64,000 nt of DNA from Octopus sinensis (taxonomy: Eukaryota). Each line of letters starts with the position of its first letter. Within the stretch, counting starts at the first letter, position 1. The notes under the pieces were generated by a model, which saw nothing but the letters and a program-made list of their open reading frames with translations, did no database searches and was not told the DNA's origin. The translations under genes were made by a program, and so were the position numbers. The stretch spans positions 34,224,001 through 34,288,000 of the forward strand of contig NC_042997.1 in the NCBI RefSeq assembly GCF_006345805.1. Direction: 5' to 3'. Below, one piece after another: positions 51,875 through 64,000 of this stretch.

Positions 51875-52592
51875 TATAATAAAATAGGGTAATAATAAAT
51901 TATTATTACCAGTGGCCTAGCACAAAAAACGAATTAGTCATTAGACTATATATTATTCATATAGAAATACAATAAGAGGCTTCCAAATAGGAAAGCGTTG
52001 TGCTAGAAAGAGCAGTAGAAATCTCAAGACCACAAAAAAGGATAAATTCACGAAAGGAATGAAAATTAAAAACGTTTACCATCTCAACTATTTCCCAGAC
52101 CGCGGTTAACACAACACTTTCCTATTTGGAAGCCTCTTATTGTATTTGTATATGAATAATATATAGTCTAATGACTAATTCGTTTTTTGTGCTAGGCCAC
52201 TGGTAATGATAATTTATTATTACCCTATTTTATTATGTTTAAATATTGTTTGATAAACTTGTTCGAAAATTTTCCCGGCATCCTCTCTGTCTCCGAGTAT
52301 AATCTGCGTCTGCGCAGTGGTTTGAAAGGTTAGGATTTACAAACAGTTAGTTCTACGTGTGGATCTGGCGGTCCTTATGTCTGAAATCTAAAGGCTGTCC
52401 CACTGAAGAAAACTGGCCTTCAGCGAATATTTTTTTGCTGGAAATAGTTAGAAACCATGGTCTGGGAAATAGCTGAGGTGGTAAACGTTTTTAATTTTCA
52501 TTCCTTTCGTGAATTTATTCTTTTTTGTGGTCTTGAGATTTCTACTGCTCTTTCTAGCACAACGCTTTCCTATTTGGAAGCCTCTTATTATA
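51875..52592. mobile_element. Nested foldback pLTR-like element with hammerhead
   Basis: 51877-52107 is inversely repeated at 52110-52237 and 52455-52592; a further partial copy lies at 54775-54886. Confidence 0.8.
52398..52467 (+). ncRNA. Type-I hammerhead ribozyme with long stem II
   Basis: UCCCA-CUGAAGA-A-AACU...CAGC/GCUG...AGUU-A-GAAA-CCAUGG-UC|UGGGA; predicted cleavage after 52462. Confidence 0.72.
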
Positions 52593-52598
52593 TAATTA

Positions 52599-52768
52599 GG
52601 CGCAGGAGTGACTGTGTGGTAAGTAGCTTGCTAACCAACCACATGGTTCCGGGTTCAGTCCCACTGCGTTCCATCTTGGGCAAGTGTCTACTGCTATAGC
52701 CCCGGGCCGACCAATGCCTTGTGAGTGGATTTGGTAGACGGAAACTGAAAGAGACCTGTCGTATATAT

Positions 52769-52808
<40 letters not shown>

Positions 52809-53000
52809 TTGTCCCCCTAGCATTGCTTGAGAACCGATGCTGGTGTGTTTACGTCCCCGTCACTTAGCGGTTCGGCAAAAGAGACCGATAGAATGAGTAC
52901 TGGGCTTACAAAGAATAAGTCCCGGGGTCGATTTGCTCGACTAAAGGCGGTGCTCCAGCATGGCCGCAGTCAAATGACTGAAACAAGTAAAAGAGTAAAG
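52599..53000 (+). mobile_element. SINE family A
   Basis: Near-consensus copy. Confidence 0.9.
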
Positions 53001-53028
53001 GAGAGTATATATATATATATATTATATA

Positions 53029-53069
<41 letters not shown>

Positions 53070-53124
53070 CATATATATATTATACATATATATATATATT
53101 ATACATATATATATATATATTATA

Positions 53125-53175
<51 letters not shown>

Positions 53176-54063
53176 AACATATACATATATATATATACAT
53201 ATATATACACAAACATATACATATATATATATATATATATATGTTACATGTGTGGGAAATTCTGTCTGTGAGTGTGTTTGTGGAGTTGTTAGCTAACTCT
53301 TCCTACATCATTTTAGCGATTTTGATGAAACTTGACACGTGAGTAGAACTTATTTCTGGAAATCTCAGGGTATATTCAGATTGTTGAAAAAATTATACTA
53401 GTGCCCGTGGAAGGGTTCCTTATATATAGCCAAGGGAAATAACCCGTTAATTTTTCTAAATTATTTGGTAAGAATGAAATTGAGTATGCTTATTTCTTAG
53501 TATTACAACTGTTAGAGTTATTTTCGCAATTTATCCAGTACAACCCTTAAACAAGTAAACAGTATTTTCCTAAGCAATAGATCTACTTATTTCGGTTGGT
53601 GACTTATTCACGAATATACCAACATTAGCTAGCGCCCCTGAGGGTAATATTCTATGGGAATGCACAAAAGCCCTTTCATATCTGATTAGTCTGTTATTAC
53701 GTAACATGCTTCACGATCTTAGTATACATACCTTATTAGTATTTCCTCCTATGTTCTATATACTCTGAGAACGCATTAAAGCCCTTTTCGGGTCTACTTT
53801 ATTTGAATTCTTACTATCGGGTAACTAATTTCATGTTATTATATAACTGACTTCACAATTTGAGTATTCATAACTTATTGAGAATTCCTAAATACAATAT
53901 CCTGTGTAAGACAATTCGGTATTCTCTGTAAATGCAACCCCCCCGCCCGTTTTTAGGGCTACATACTTTGTATTGTTGTTATTGGATTAGCGAAACAATT
54001 ATGAGAACGGAACCAAGAGATAAGCCCCGCTTTCCCGGAAATTACTGGTACGTCAGTTAGTAC

Positions 54064-54094
<31 letters not shown>

Positions 54095-54554
54095 CATACA
54101 AATTGAGATAGGAGTATATTACTCCTTCATGTACACTGTTTTGTTCTATATTATTATGTTTGACCTTAAAGTTTCTTATGTAGTGGTTTAATAAAGTATG
54201 TGATTGGGTATTATCTGGTAGTTGTTATTTGATTTAGATGTATTTCTCCATTTTCTTATTTTGTATATATATATATATATTATATATATATATATATATA
54301 TCGACAAATAGGATTTGTCGATAATATGGAGACTTATGTTTAGGACTTACGTTTAGGACTTAGATTTCTATGTCAACAATTTGATGATCGTTACACATCT
54401 TCAACTGGTGCAAGCCTGATGCACGTAGCAGCACGGATTACAAAAACACATAGAAACAATACGGCATCGTGCAATTAAGTGGTGTAAAAATCGTTAGGTA
54501 TGATACACAGATACCAATTTTAATTTATTGCTGTTTCAACTGAGTACACCGAAA

Positions 54555-54632
<78 letters not shown>

Positions 54633-54709
54633 GTCCACCTTGCTCTCTCTCTCTCTCTCTCTCAGTATATATATATTTTTTGTTTATATACATACATACA
54701 TACATATAT

Positions 54710-54754
<45 letters not shown>

Positions 54755-54933
54755 TATATGTAATATAATTAAAGGCTTCCAAATAAGGAAGCGTAGTGCT
54801 AGAAACACAAAAGGGATAAATTCATGAAAGGAATGAAAATTAAAACATTTACCATCTCAGCTATATCCCAGACCGAACGGTTTCTACCTCTTTTTTAGCA
54901 AACACACAGAATATATTGCCAGGCCAGGTTCTT

Positions 54934-55011
<78 letters not shown>

Positions 55012-55712
55012 ATACTTCATATATGTAGATGTATGTGGTATTTGATACCACTTGTTACTGTAAGTTATGAATCACTATAATATATTGTTACTTTACACTT
55101 AACCTGTAAAGAGTTCTCTGTCTATACATCAATATGTGTGTATATATATATGTTTATATGTATGTGTATGTTTAGGTGTGAGTGTATGTATGTGTGTGGG
55201 TGTATGAATACATACACACACATATCCTCGACATTTGTATTTAGTATAGACATTAATACATATGTGTCTGTGAGGACTTATGGATAAGAACAAGGCGACG
55301 AGGGGATTAGTTTAACAATAGATCGAGTCTATTGAACAGAATAACGCATTAATCACGAATGTCTAATGTCCTGATTCTTTGTAAATATCTAAGAGTAGAT
55401 TTATCGATCCAGTAAAATGAACAAATTAAGATGAGTAACCAATAATTAGAATTAAGTGAGAGATTAAGGAAGATTAAAAACATTTCAAGAATGATCGAAT
55501 ATTTTAATGAAATATTATAGAAGGAGAATTCTTTATCGTTGTTAATTCCTCAATACATTTTGATTCTAATGTTTTCGCACTTCAATAAGATGATAAATAA
55601 TTCTTCGAATTGATATGCATTTATGTGGTGTATGCAGACGGATGTGTGTATAGCATACATTCTTTCATTTCAACTCACGCATATACATACATACATACAT
55701 ACATACATACAT

Positions 55713-55763
<51 letters not shown>

Positions 55764-55764
55764 A

Positions 55765-55975
55765 TCTTTTACTTGTTTCAGTCATTTGACTGTGGCCATG
55801 CTGGAGCACCGCCTTTAGTCGAGCAAATCGACCCCGGGACTTATTCTTTGTAAGCCTAGCACTTATTCTATCGGGCTCTTTTGCCGAACCGCTAAGTTAC
55901 GGCGACGTAAACACACCACCATCGGTTGTCAAGCGATGTTGGGGGGGGGGGGACAAACACAGACACATACACACA
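55765..55975 (-). mobile_element. SINE family A, 3' half
   Basis: Reverse-complement match from the tail to the internal microsatellite. Confidence 0.85.
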
Positions 55976-56053
55976 CACACCCACCCACACACACATATAT
56001 ATATATATATATATAATATACATATATGTATGTACATATATGTGTATATATAA

Positions 56054-56099
<46 letters not shown>

Positions 56100-56809
56100 T
56101 AATATGCATTTATGTATGTATGTAAATGTGTGTGTGTGTGAGTGGAGGCGCGTGGTTTAGTGATTAGGGGCTCGCATTCATGATCGTAAGATTGTGCTTT
56201 CGATTCTTGAACCGAGCTATGCGTTGTGTTCTTGAGGAAAACACTTTATTTCTCGTTATTCCAGTCCACTTAGCTACCAAATATGAGTATATCGTCGTCC
56301 CGTCCAGGAGGGTGGGTGGGAACATATATGTCAGAGAACCCGGGAAACCGGCTTTATCAGCCTAACGCTCAGGAAGGGTGTTTGCTCCTTTATATACAAA
56401 CACACGCGCGCACATACACACACACGCGCACACACACTACACACACACACACCCAACACACACACACACATGCATATATATGTTTGCCGGTACGCCCACA
56501 AACACACACGCACACAAACACACCATACACACACACAAATACAAACACTCACCACACACACACATACACTCAGGCACCGCACCCATGAACTCAATGAACC
56601 AAGTGTCTGAATGTATCCATATACGAGTCTTGAAGGTGTTCTCTATCAGTCCGATGTGTTCTCTTTGGTTCACCTTCAGCTCGTACATTTGCTCAAGAAT
56701 TACATGTTGGGGGGGGGGGAACTCGACTTCTACATTACCAAATCAATGGTACAGTGGTTGGTGAGTTGTTTCCGACTGCTTTATTGTTGTTCATGATCTC
56801 GGTTCCTGT

Positions 56810-57026
56810 ACTCTCTTACTCTTTACTCTTTTACTTGTTTCAGTCATTTGACTGCGGCCATGCTGGAGCACCGCCTTTAGTCGAGCAAATCGACCCCGGG
56901 ACTTATTCTTTGTAAGCCCAGTACTTATTCTATCGGTCCGTTTTGCCGAACAGCTAAGTGACGGGGACGTAAACACACCAGCATCGGTTGTCAAGCAATG
57001 CTAGGGGGGCAAACACAGACACACAA

Positions 57027-57061
<35 letters not shown>

Positions 57062-57232
57062 CATATATACGACAGGCTTCTTTCAGTTTCCGTCTACCAA
57101 ATCCACTCACAAGGCATTGGTCGGCCCAGGGCTATAGCAGAAGACACTTGCCCAAGATGCCACGCAGTGGGATTGAACCCAGAACCATGTGGTTGGTTAG
57201 CAAGCTATTTACCACACAGCCACTCCTGCGCC
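56810..57232 (-). mobile_element. SINE family A
   Basis: Full reverse-complement copy. Confidence 0.9.
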
Positions 57233-58562
57233 TTGCTAATGTCAACCTACTCATTAAAATCTGATTGTATCTCTGTAAAACGGAGGAACTGCTTGCTCAC
57301 TAAACATAGGAAGCATCGATCCACGCTGGTAGATACATTTCTCTACACTGGGTTCTATGATGTAACTCCCTTAGTTCTTGACTTCTTGGATCTGAAGGAA
57401 TTGGCGCCATATATCTAATTCTGCTAAATATCTAAAATCGCTTTTACTCAGCACATTATTATAATAGGGGTGGGGATGGACTACAAAACATAGAGGATAA
57501 GTTAGAAAAACGTCTACTAACATTTACATTTGCGCTTTGTTGATAACATTAGGGAACCTTTATTAATAATGATGACCTTTTTCGTTAGGCTTGTGGTAGG
57601 GGGGCAGTAAATGCTCATATTCATATTTAGAACTATTCTATGAAATTATTGTGCTTGTTCATATCAAAGTCTATACTTAATCCGTCTCTTCTATGTAGAC
57701 TGCTCCTCTGTGTTTTCAGTAATAGCAAACTAACCCTGTTAAAATAGTTCTGCGCCATATATCTAACCGTACAACAGTCGAAAAACTAGTCTCTGTTGTT
57801 TTTGATACAAAAGGATATCGTCGTAATACAGCAGTGACTTTTAATATCGTTCGGATTTATCACGATATCAATATGATCGCGTCACTATCGTATCATATTG
57901 ATAAAATTTTTATGGAATTTCATGATCTGGAGTATTATCCAGGAAATGGACAGATAAACTCCATGATGTCAAAATACATAAACCTGGAGTTTACCTTGAT
58001 CTGGACAATAATGAGACACTTAATGTTGGCGTTAGAACAATTCCATCATTCTCGATTAGTGCCTACATTAAACCACCCGGGGTTGATGTTATCAATTTTA
58101 TTATTACTACTTTCACTGTTGTTGCCACCATTGTCAATGCATACTTTTCCTTTCTCTCTCTGCTTTCACCATCGGGATGGCAGGGCATGGTTTTTATTTT
58201 TATTTTTACGCAGTAGGACTTGTCTGAGGGAGCGGCGGTCCGCCGCAGCTACTCCAGATTAATAAGCCACTGGACTGGTATAAAAAGGCTACTACACTAC
58301 GTTTTATTGTGTACTCCTTCTCCAAATTGTTACCCAACAAATCGCCAACGATAGGTATACATATATACACAGATACAAATAATAAGGGTGGCTTATTAGC
58401 AATTTTCCAACCGAAAGGCAAAAGTATATGTCACTAAAAGAGACTGAGGGCGCTGTTGAGCACCAGTATTACTAGAAATAAGAGTCAAAACAACGCATAG
58501 CCACAATAACGCACAGTTTTATTTATCTACAAGGGAGGCGAGCTCCCTAAGCACCGGGAATT

Positions 58563-58609
58563 GCCAGATCACCAGTGATTTCGCGTTTACATTAACGCTC
58601 ATCAGTGGC
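58563..58609 (-). ncRNA. Type-I hammerhead ribozyme, fully canonical core
   Basis: GCCA-CUGAUGA-GCGUU(AAUGUA)AACGC-GAAA-UCAC(UG)GUGA-UC|UGGC. Confidence 0.85.
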
Positions 58610-58904
58610 TCTCACCAGAGCCTTGGGTTAAACTCAACTACTCCTGTCAGCTTTCCGTAGAAATCATACTCTGATTTCATAATTGGTAATGGTGTGGATT
58701 ATAAATAATAAGGGTACAAATATATGTATTTTTACACACACACACACGAAAATATACATGGATGAAAGGGAAGGGAACAGTCGATTATATCGATAACAGA
58801 ATATATACCAAAATATAACACACACGAAAATATACACACATATGTTTTAATAAACTTAATCTTTTTAGTTAGCGACCATTGAGTGCACCTACACTTAATA
58901 TCAA

Positions 58905-59261
58905 CTAGCAGTATCGCCCGGCGTTGCTCGGGTTTGTAAGGGAAATAACTATAAAGCGTTTTTAGAGAGTTTTAGCCAAAAAATGGGAAAAAAATGATGG
59001 TAAAATTTTTTTAGTTAAAAAGGTCGAGTTGCGTCCCCTAGACAGTCTGTGGTTTGTGTTTCTGATTCTCGACCCCATGTCGAATTTATCGATTTTTTCA
59101 GATCTGGGGGAACTTTTCAAAATTTTCGCTGCGTTAGTTTTGAATTATGACATTGGGCTATGTGTGTGTCAAGTTTCATCAGAATCGGTTGAAAGCCGTG
59201 ATCAGGGTGAGGGTACAACCTAACAGACACACAGAGACAAACTGCCGTTTATATATAGAGA
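58905..59261 (-). mobile_element. Chimeric non-autonomous Helitron (H2 5' part + H1 3' end)
   Basis: The 5' ~200 bp match 43132-43330; the 3' ~100 bp match 36950-37051, including the hairpin and CTAG|T. Confidence 0.85.
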
Positions 59262-59659
59262 GTTGTCAGTCAATTCAACAATACTGCTGATTCCTCACCG
59301 AAATATGCTGTCATTTTCTCGATGAGATGCAAGTGAAGTTTTTTTCTTTAAAAAAAATTATTGTATTCATTTGAAAACAGTTTGAACTGCATAAACAAAA
59401 CGGCAAACATTGGATACTGTTTCGCTCAACTCATAAAAATTCATAATTCATGCTATCTAGGGGAAACCATATAAAGAGAGATGGAATGGTGCAACTTGGA
59501 ACGTCGGAACGGATTCTGTGCAATATCTGTTCCAGAGCTTTGTGTTATGAGTTCAAATTTCACCATGTCCTACTTGATCCGTTCACTCACTTTAACAAAA
59601 TACCTCTATGATCTTGGGTATTTAAGCGGATTCCACTCTGCTGCAGTCATACGGATACT

Positions 59660-60135
59660 CTACTCTTTTACTTGTTTCAGGTAAGTCAGGAGTTATACTT
59701 TGTAAGCCTAGTACTTATTCTATCGGTCTCTTTTGCCGAACCGCTAAGTTACGGGTACGCAAACACACCAGCGTCGGTTGGCAAGCGATGTTGAGGGGAC
59801 AAACGCAGACACACAAACACACACACACACACATACCTATATATATACATATATACGACTGGCTTCTTTCAGTTTCCGTCTACCAAATTCACTTGCAAAT
59901 CTTTGGTCAGCCCGAGGCTATTGTAGAAGACACTCAGACACACAAACACACACACACATATCTATATATATACATATATACGACTGGCTTCTTTCAGTTT
60001 CCGTCTACCAAATTCACTCGCAAATGTTTGGTCAGCCCGAGGCTATTGTAGAAGACACTTTCCGAAGGTGCCACGCAGTGGGACTGAACCCGGAACCATG
60101 TGGTTCGTAAGCAACCTACTTACCACAGTCACTCC
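59660..60135 (-). mobile_element. SINE family A with an internal ~125-bp duplication
   Basis: The block ACACAAACACAC...CGACTGGCTTCTTTCAGTTTCCGTCTACCAAATTCACT..GTCAGCCCGAGGCTATTGTAGAAGACACT occurs twice. Confidence 0.8.
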
Positions 60136-60443
60136 TTCTGGTTACTATTCTCGGAGGCCTTGTAGATCACTATAAGCATTATCTTCCTGCAAAAAAGATT
60201 AAAAAAAAAATCTTGTGATCAGTTACTACCACTTGACGTCTTGGCTGCTTGTACGCTGCTCAGTGACTTAATATTTATATTAACTTATGTAATTTCTATC
60301 AGGTTTCAGTTTTTATTCTTCACTCTAGAAATTATTTGGAATTTGTCTCAATAAAGACAATGTTGTATCTTCTGAGTTCTTTAATGTTGATTTGATTTTC
60401 TCCTGTTATCTTGAATACCGAATACCTATTCGTAACACACACA

Positions 60444-60474
<31 letters not shown>

Positions 60475-60952
60475 CCACACACACCACACACACACACACA
60501 CACAACACACACACACACATGAGTAAAGGGGCTGATTCTTATTGTGAAATGAAATGCAATGCAATTTGCTGGATTTTGTCTTCAATTGTTACTTCAGTTA
60601 GTTTGTGAATTATACGTGACCATTGATGCGTGAATTAACAACAGACTACAAAGTAATTTTATAACGTTGAAAAGGTTTACATTTTAAGTAACGTTCTGTA
60701 TTAGAAATACGAATAAATTTAATCTGGTACTCGCTATCAAGATCATATCCACTTAAAAACCATAGACAGTAGCCTCAATTACCAGCGACAGCTTTCATCA
60801 TGAGGTACTCAGGCAAAATTATTCTTATTGCTATGATTATGGGCATTGTTTACTTGCCAAACATTTTAATCACTTCTATTAAAGGTGGGACTGAAGTAAA
60901 TAAGGGCTTCTTCTTCTTCTTCGTCGTCGTCGTCTTCTTCTTCTTCTTTTTC

Positions 60953-60984
<32 letters not shown>

Positions 60985-62329
60985 CTTCTTCTTCTTCTTC
61001 TTCTTCTTCTTCTTCTTCTTCTTCTTCTTCTTGTATAACAACTCATTTTAATGAGTGAAATAATAAGATTATTGTAGAAAAGAATGCGTCTGATTATATA
61101 TATTTAGCTGACATTAATTAATTTTTGGTATCGGGAATAGTGATTTCTAACAGTGTTACGATGTCATATAGTTTAGGGAAGGGAACAGTCGATTATATCG
61201 ATAACAGAATTTGGTTATTTCTATGTGTGTGTGTATGTAGATTTACAAACAAACTGGAAATTGCTGTATGACTAATGGGTTAGGCTGGAATTGATCTCAT
61301 AGCTGCCAGATATAATCTTTTATCACGAGGAAATGACTCAATCGAATTAAATACAAAGTTATGCTTTGCGTTATTCATTAGAAAAATGAAACAGGAATTA
61401 TTCATAATGTGTAGTTTCATAATATTTAGTTGACTTGATAAGTTAATATCTCTGGACATTTTCTTCTAACTGTTGAACTTTCATTTAAATTTATATCTGC
61501 TAAAAACATATTGATTTGTTTCTTTTCGTAATGCATTGCAAGTAAAAGGCAAATAAATTTTACTGCTTTCTTAATCATAACAACTGAATAGATTAGTTTA
61601 CGACTGTTTTGGAAAATGAAATGTTTTATCATTAATTATTCATTTTATTAAGAATACTTTCATTATTTTCAATATTGTCTTTCTACGTCTAGTTGCAACT
61701 CAACTATTGTTGCTATCAATTGAAAGCCAATTTGTGAAAATTAACATTTTATTCTAGAATAAATGAAGTATCTTATTTTACATACAAATTCTTCGTGCAC
61801 TTGTTTTTTTTTATGTATACTAATTAAGTAGATGAAGTGAGTATAAAATAGAGTGTGAATGAGATATTAAGTGAATAAAAACACACTTGTTAACATTATT
61901 CATTAACCCTCCACATTTCTCGAAAACAAATGTGGTCGTGAATTGTTGTTGAAATTATTTAGGCAACATCAAGCATGACTGAGTAAAAGTATGATCAAAG
62001 GGCTCAAGTTTGGCCATTTATTCTTTCCCAAATAACGAGTATCCAGGACCATGTTGTCTCAGTGTGATAGATCAAACCACTGTTGTCAAGATTGTTACTA
62101 GTGTACAAAGCAAACATATTTTGATTTCAGATACTCTAAAACGAGTAGAAAGGATTACATTATTATCTATTAAACAAAATATCACAATCATAATCTAAAT
62201 TTAACAATTTAAAATCCAATTTAAACAGAGAAAAAACAAATCCAAAGACGAATATTAGGGAGTCTACGTATAAATTTATCTGAAAGATTGTTACATTTCG
62301 CAAGTCTTCATGTTTTGGTGCTATCTAAG

Positions 62330-64000
62330 ACTAGTCTCGTTTCAAAAACTCTAATAGAGTTTGACGGCCAAGGTTACTTATCCTCTAAACGCTAAACATA
62401 ATTTTCTCAGTGACATGGCCTTTGCGTTGGTGTTTGTATGAAAGGTGTTCCATGTAGAAGTATATTCCACAAAAATGCTAACTTATATTTCATGTATTCT
62501 CAACTGTTTATCAGCTTCAGGATGAATTGCGGCTATTGATAATATTACACTCTGTGTTGATAAATGATTCGTAGGTTATCCATCTGCAAACATTCAGATT
62601 GTTGGGGACTTCAATGCCTACCATTCAGTCTGGTTATATTCCAACAAAGCAGACACTAATGCTCGTCACTTTTCAAATTTTTCTGGTATACAAACTTACT
62701 CATGTTCTTGCTTTGCCAGCTGGTGATCCATATGTCGATAATCAAAACTCTAAATTACTTGTTATTTTCCTAACTATATATCCCAATGTTAGTGCTGGAG
62801 CTGTGCTGTCTGTTGTCTCAGTGTGATAGATCAAACCACTGTTGTTCAAGATTGTTACTAGTGTACAAAGCAATCATATTTTGATTTCAGATAATCTAAA
62901 ACGAGTAGAAAGGATTCCATTATTATTTGACTAATGCTCCAATTAAAATACTTTAATATGTCAGATCTAGATCACCAAAGGTAGCACATTTGATTACTGG
63001 CTGGGTTTCTGGTTATGGCTGATCATTTTAACCCATATAAAAATTATTAATAAAAGACAAGCTCTCAAAACTTGGCTTATTCCGGAATGTGCTTAGGCAA
63101 AAATTATATCAATACTTCTACCCAGATCTTCAAAATAGGGAAATAATTCAGCAACCTTCTACAGCAGCTATGCTCAATGCCAAAGTTGTAAAGTATGCCA
63201 TGACTGGTTATCCAACACTGTATAAGATTGTTCAAGAGAAAATGATCAATAGGTTATTTAAATCTGGCAAATCTCCTGTTCCAACAATCAATGAGTCTAA
63301 AGTAATCTTATCATCCTCAAATAAAGCCAAGCTATTTTGTAACATCTTCGCAATAAATGGATTACTCTAACCAAATTTTATTGGATTTTCCTACTCGTGC
63401 AAACTGCTTTATTTTTTACTTTGAAGTTTATAAATAGCGATCCATTTAAATCAACCGGTTCAGATAAAATTTCAGTCATTATTGAAAATCATATTCCTTG
63501 GGATATCTTCAGTTCAAGTAAAGTTCTTTGATCATTGTCCCAAGTAGTGCTTCCCTCCAGCTTAGGAAAGGGTTTTTAGTTTGCTTTGTTTTCAATAACA
63601 TTGGTAATCGTTCTTCATCATTTCAGCATAGATCAAGTAATCTATTCTGCAAAGAAGTAAACTGCTTCAATATATCTTTCACAAGCACAAAATTTACTAC
63701 TTGAATAAATGAATTTCTATTAGTGACAAGTAGTTGACTTTTCGGTCTCTGAAGCCCATTGATAGCATACTCACAGTCATCACCATAACATAAGTAGTGT
63801 ATTTTCAAAGAATTTGACAAGGTGTGGCATAGAGGAAAGCTTCACAAAGTGAAGAATTATGCTATATTTAGTAGAGACTTCCCCATTAAATCATTCTGCA
63901 AAAACAAAAAACAAAAAGATCTGAAAGCTGTTGTCAACGGTCGATTCTCTGATGTTCTTGAAGTTTGCTCTTAGTGCCGCAGCTCAGGCAATTTATGCTG
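62330..64000 (+). pseudogene. CR1/Jockey-group LINE endonuclease-RT relic running off the window end
   Basis: NIQIVGDFNAYHSVW (APE motif); KSGKSPVPTIN...SSSNKAKLFCNIFA; FDKVWHRGKLHKVKNY...KAVVNG; many stops and frameshifts. Confidence 0.8.

Noticed and set aside
57834-58262. 142-aa plus-strand ORF with a Leu-rich stretch
   Set aside because: No recognisable domain; the hydrophobic run comes from low-complexity (TTA/CTA) sequence.

Overview
Very AT-rich, microsatellite-dense eukaryotic DNA in which I can find no intact host gene; it reads as intergenic or deep intronic sequence. The tRNA-headed SINE families with internal microsatellites and the repeat landscape resemble a coleoid cephalopod (Octopus-like) genome (inference, not verified). 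The window is a layered transposon graveyard: an RTE LINE (5' truncated, frameshifted), CR1/Jockey-group LINE fragments, a Gypsy gag-protease relic, two Tc1 (DD34E) and several mariner-type fossils, non-autonomous Helitrons and about 25 SINE copies. Most ORFs in the supplied track are translations of microsatellites. The most interesting signal is not in the ORF track. About a dozen type-I hammerhead-ribozyme motifs, several with intact catalytic cores and covarying stems, sit in short non-coding modules that occur as inverted-repeat (foldback) pairs next to (TA)n/(TG)n tracts. This is consistent with Penelope-like pseudo-LTR or retrozyme-like elements. Other notable items: a Tc1 transposase whose own codons expanded into a 33-unit minisatellite without closing the ORF, a SINE/LINE shared 3' stem-loop with compensatory changes, and a Helitron with swapped ends. 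All alignments and folds were done by eye; coordinates of degenerate elements are approximate.
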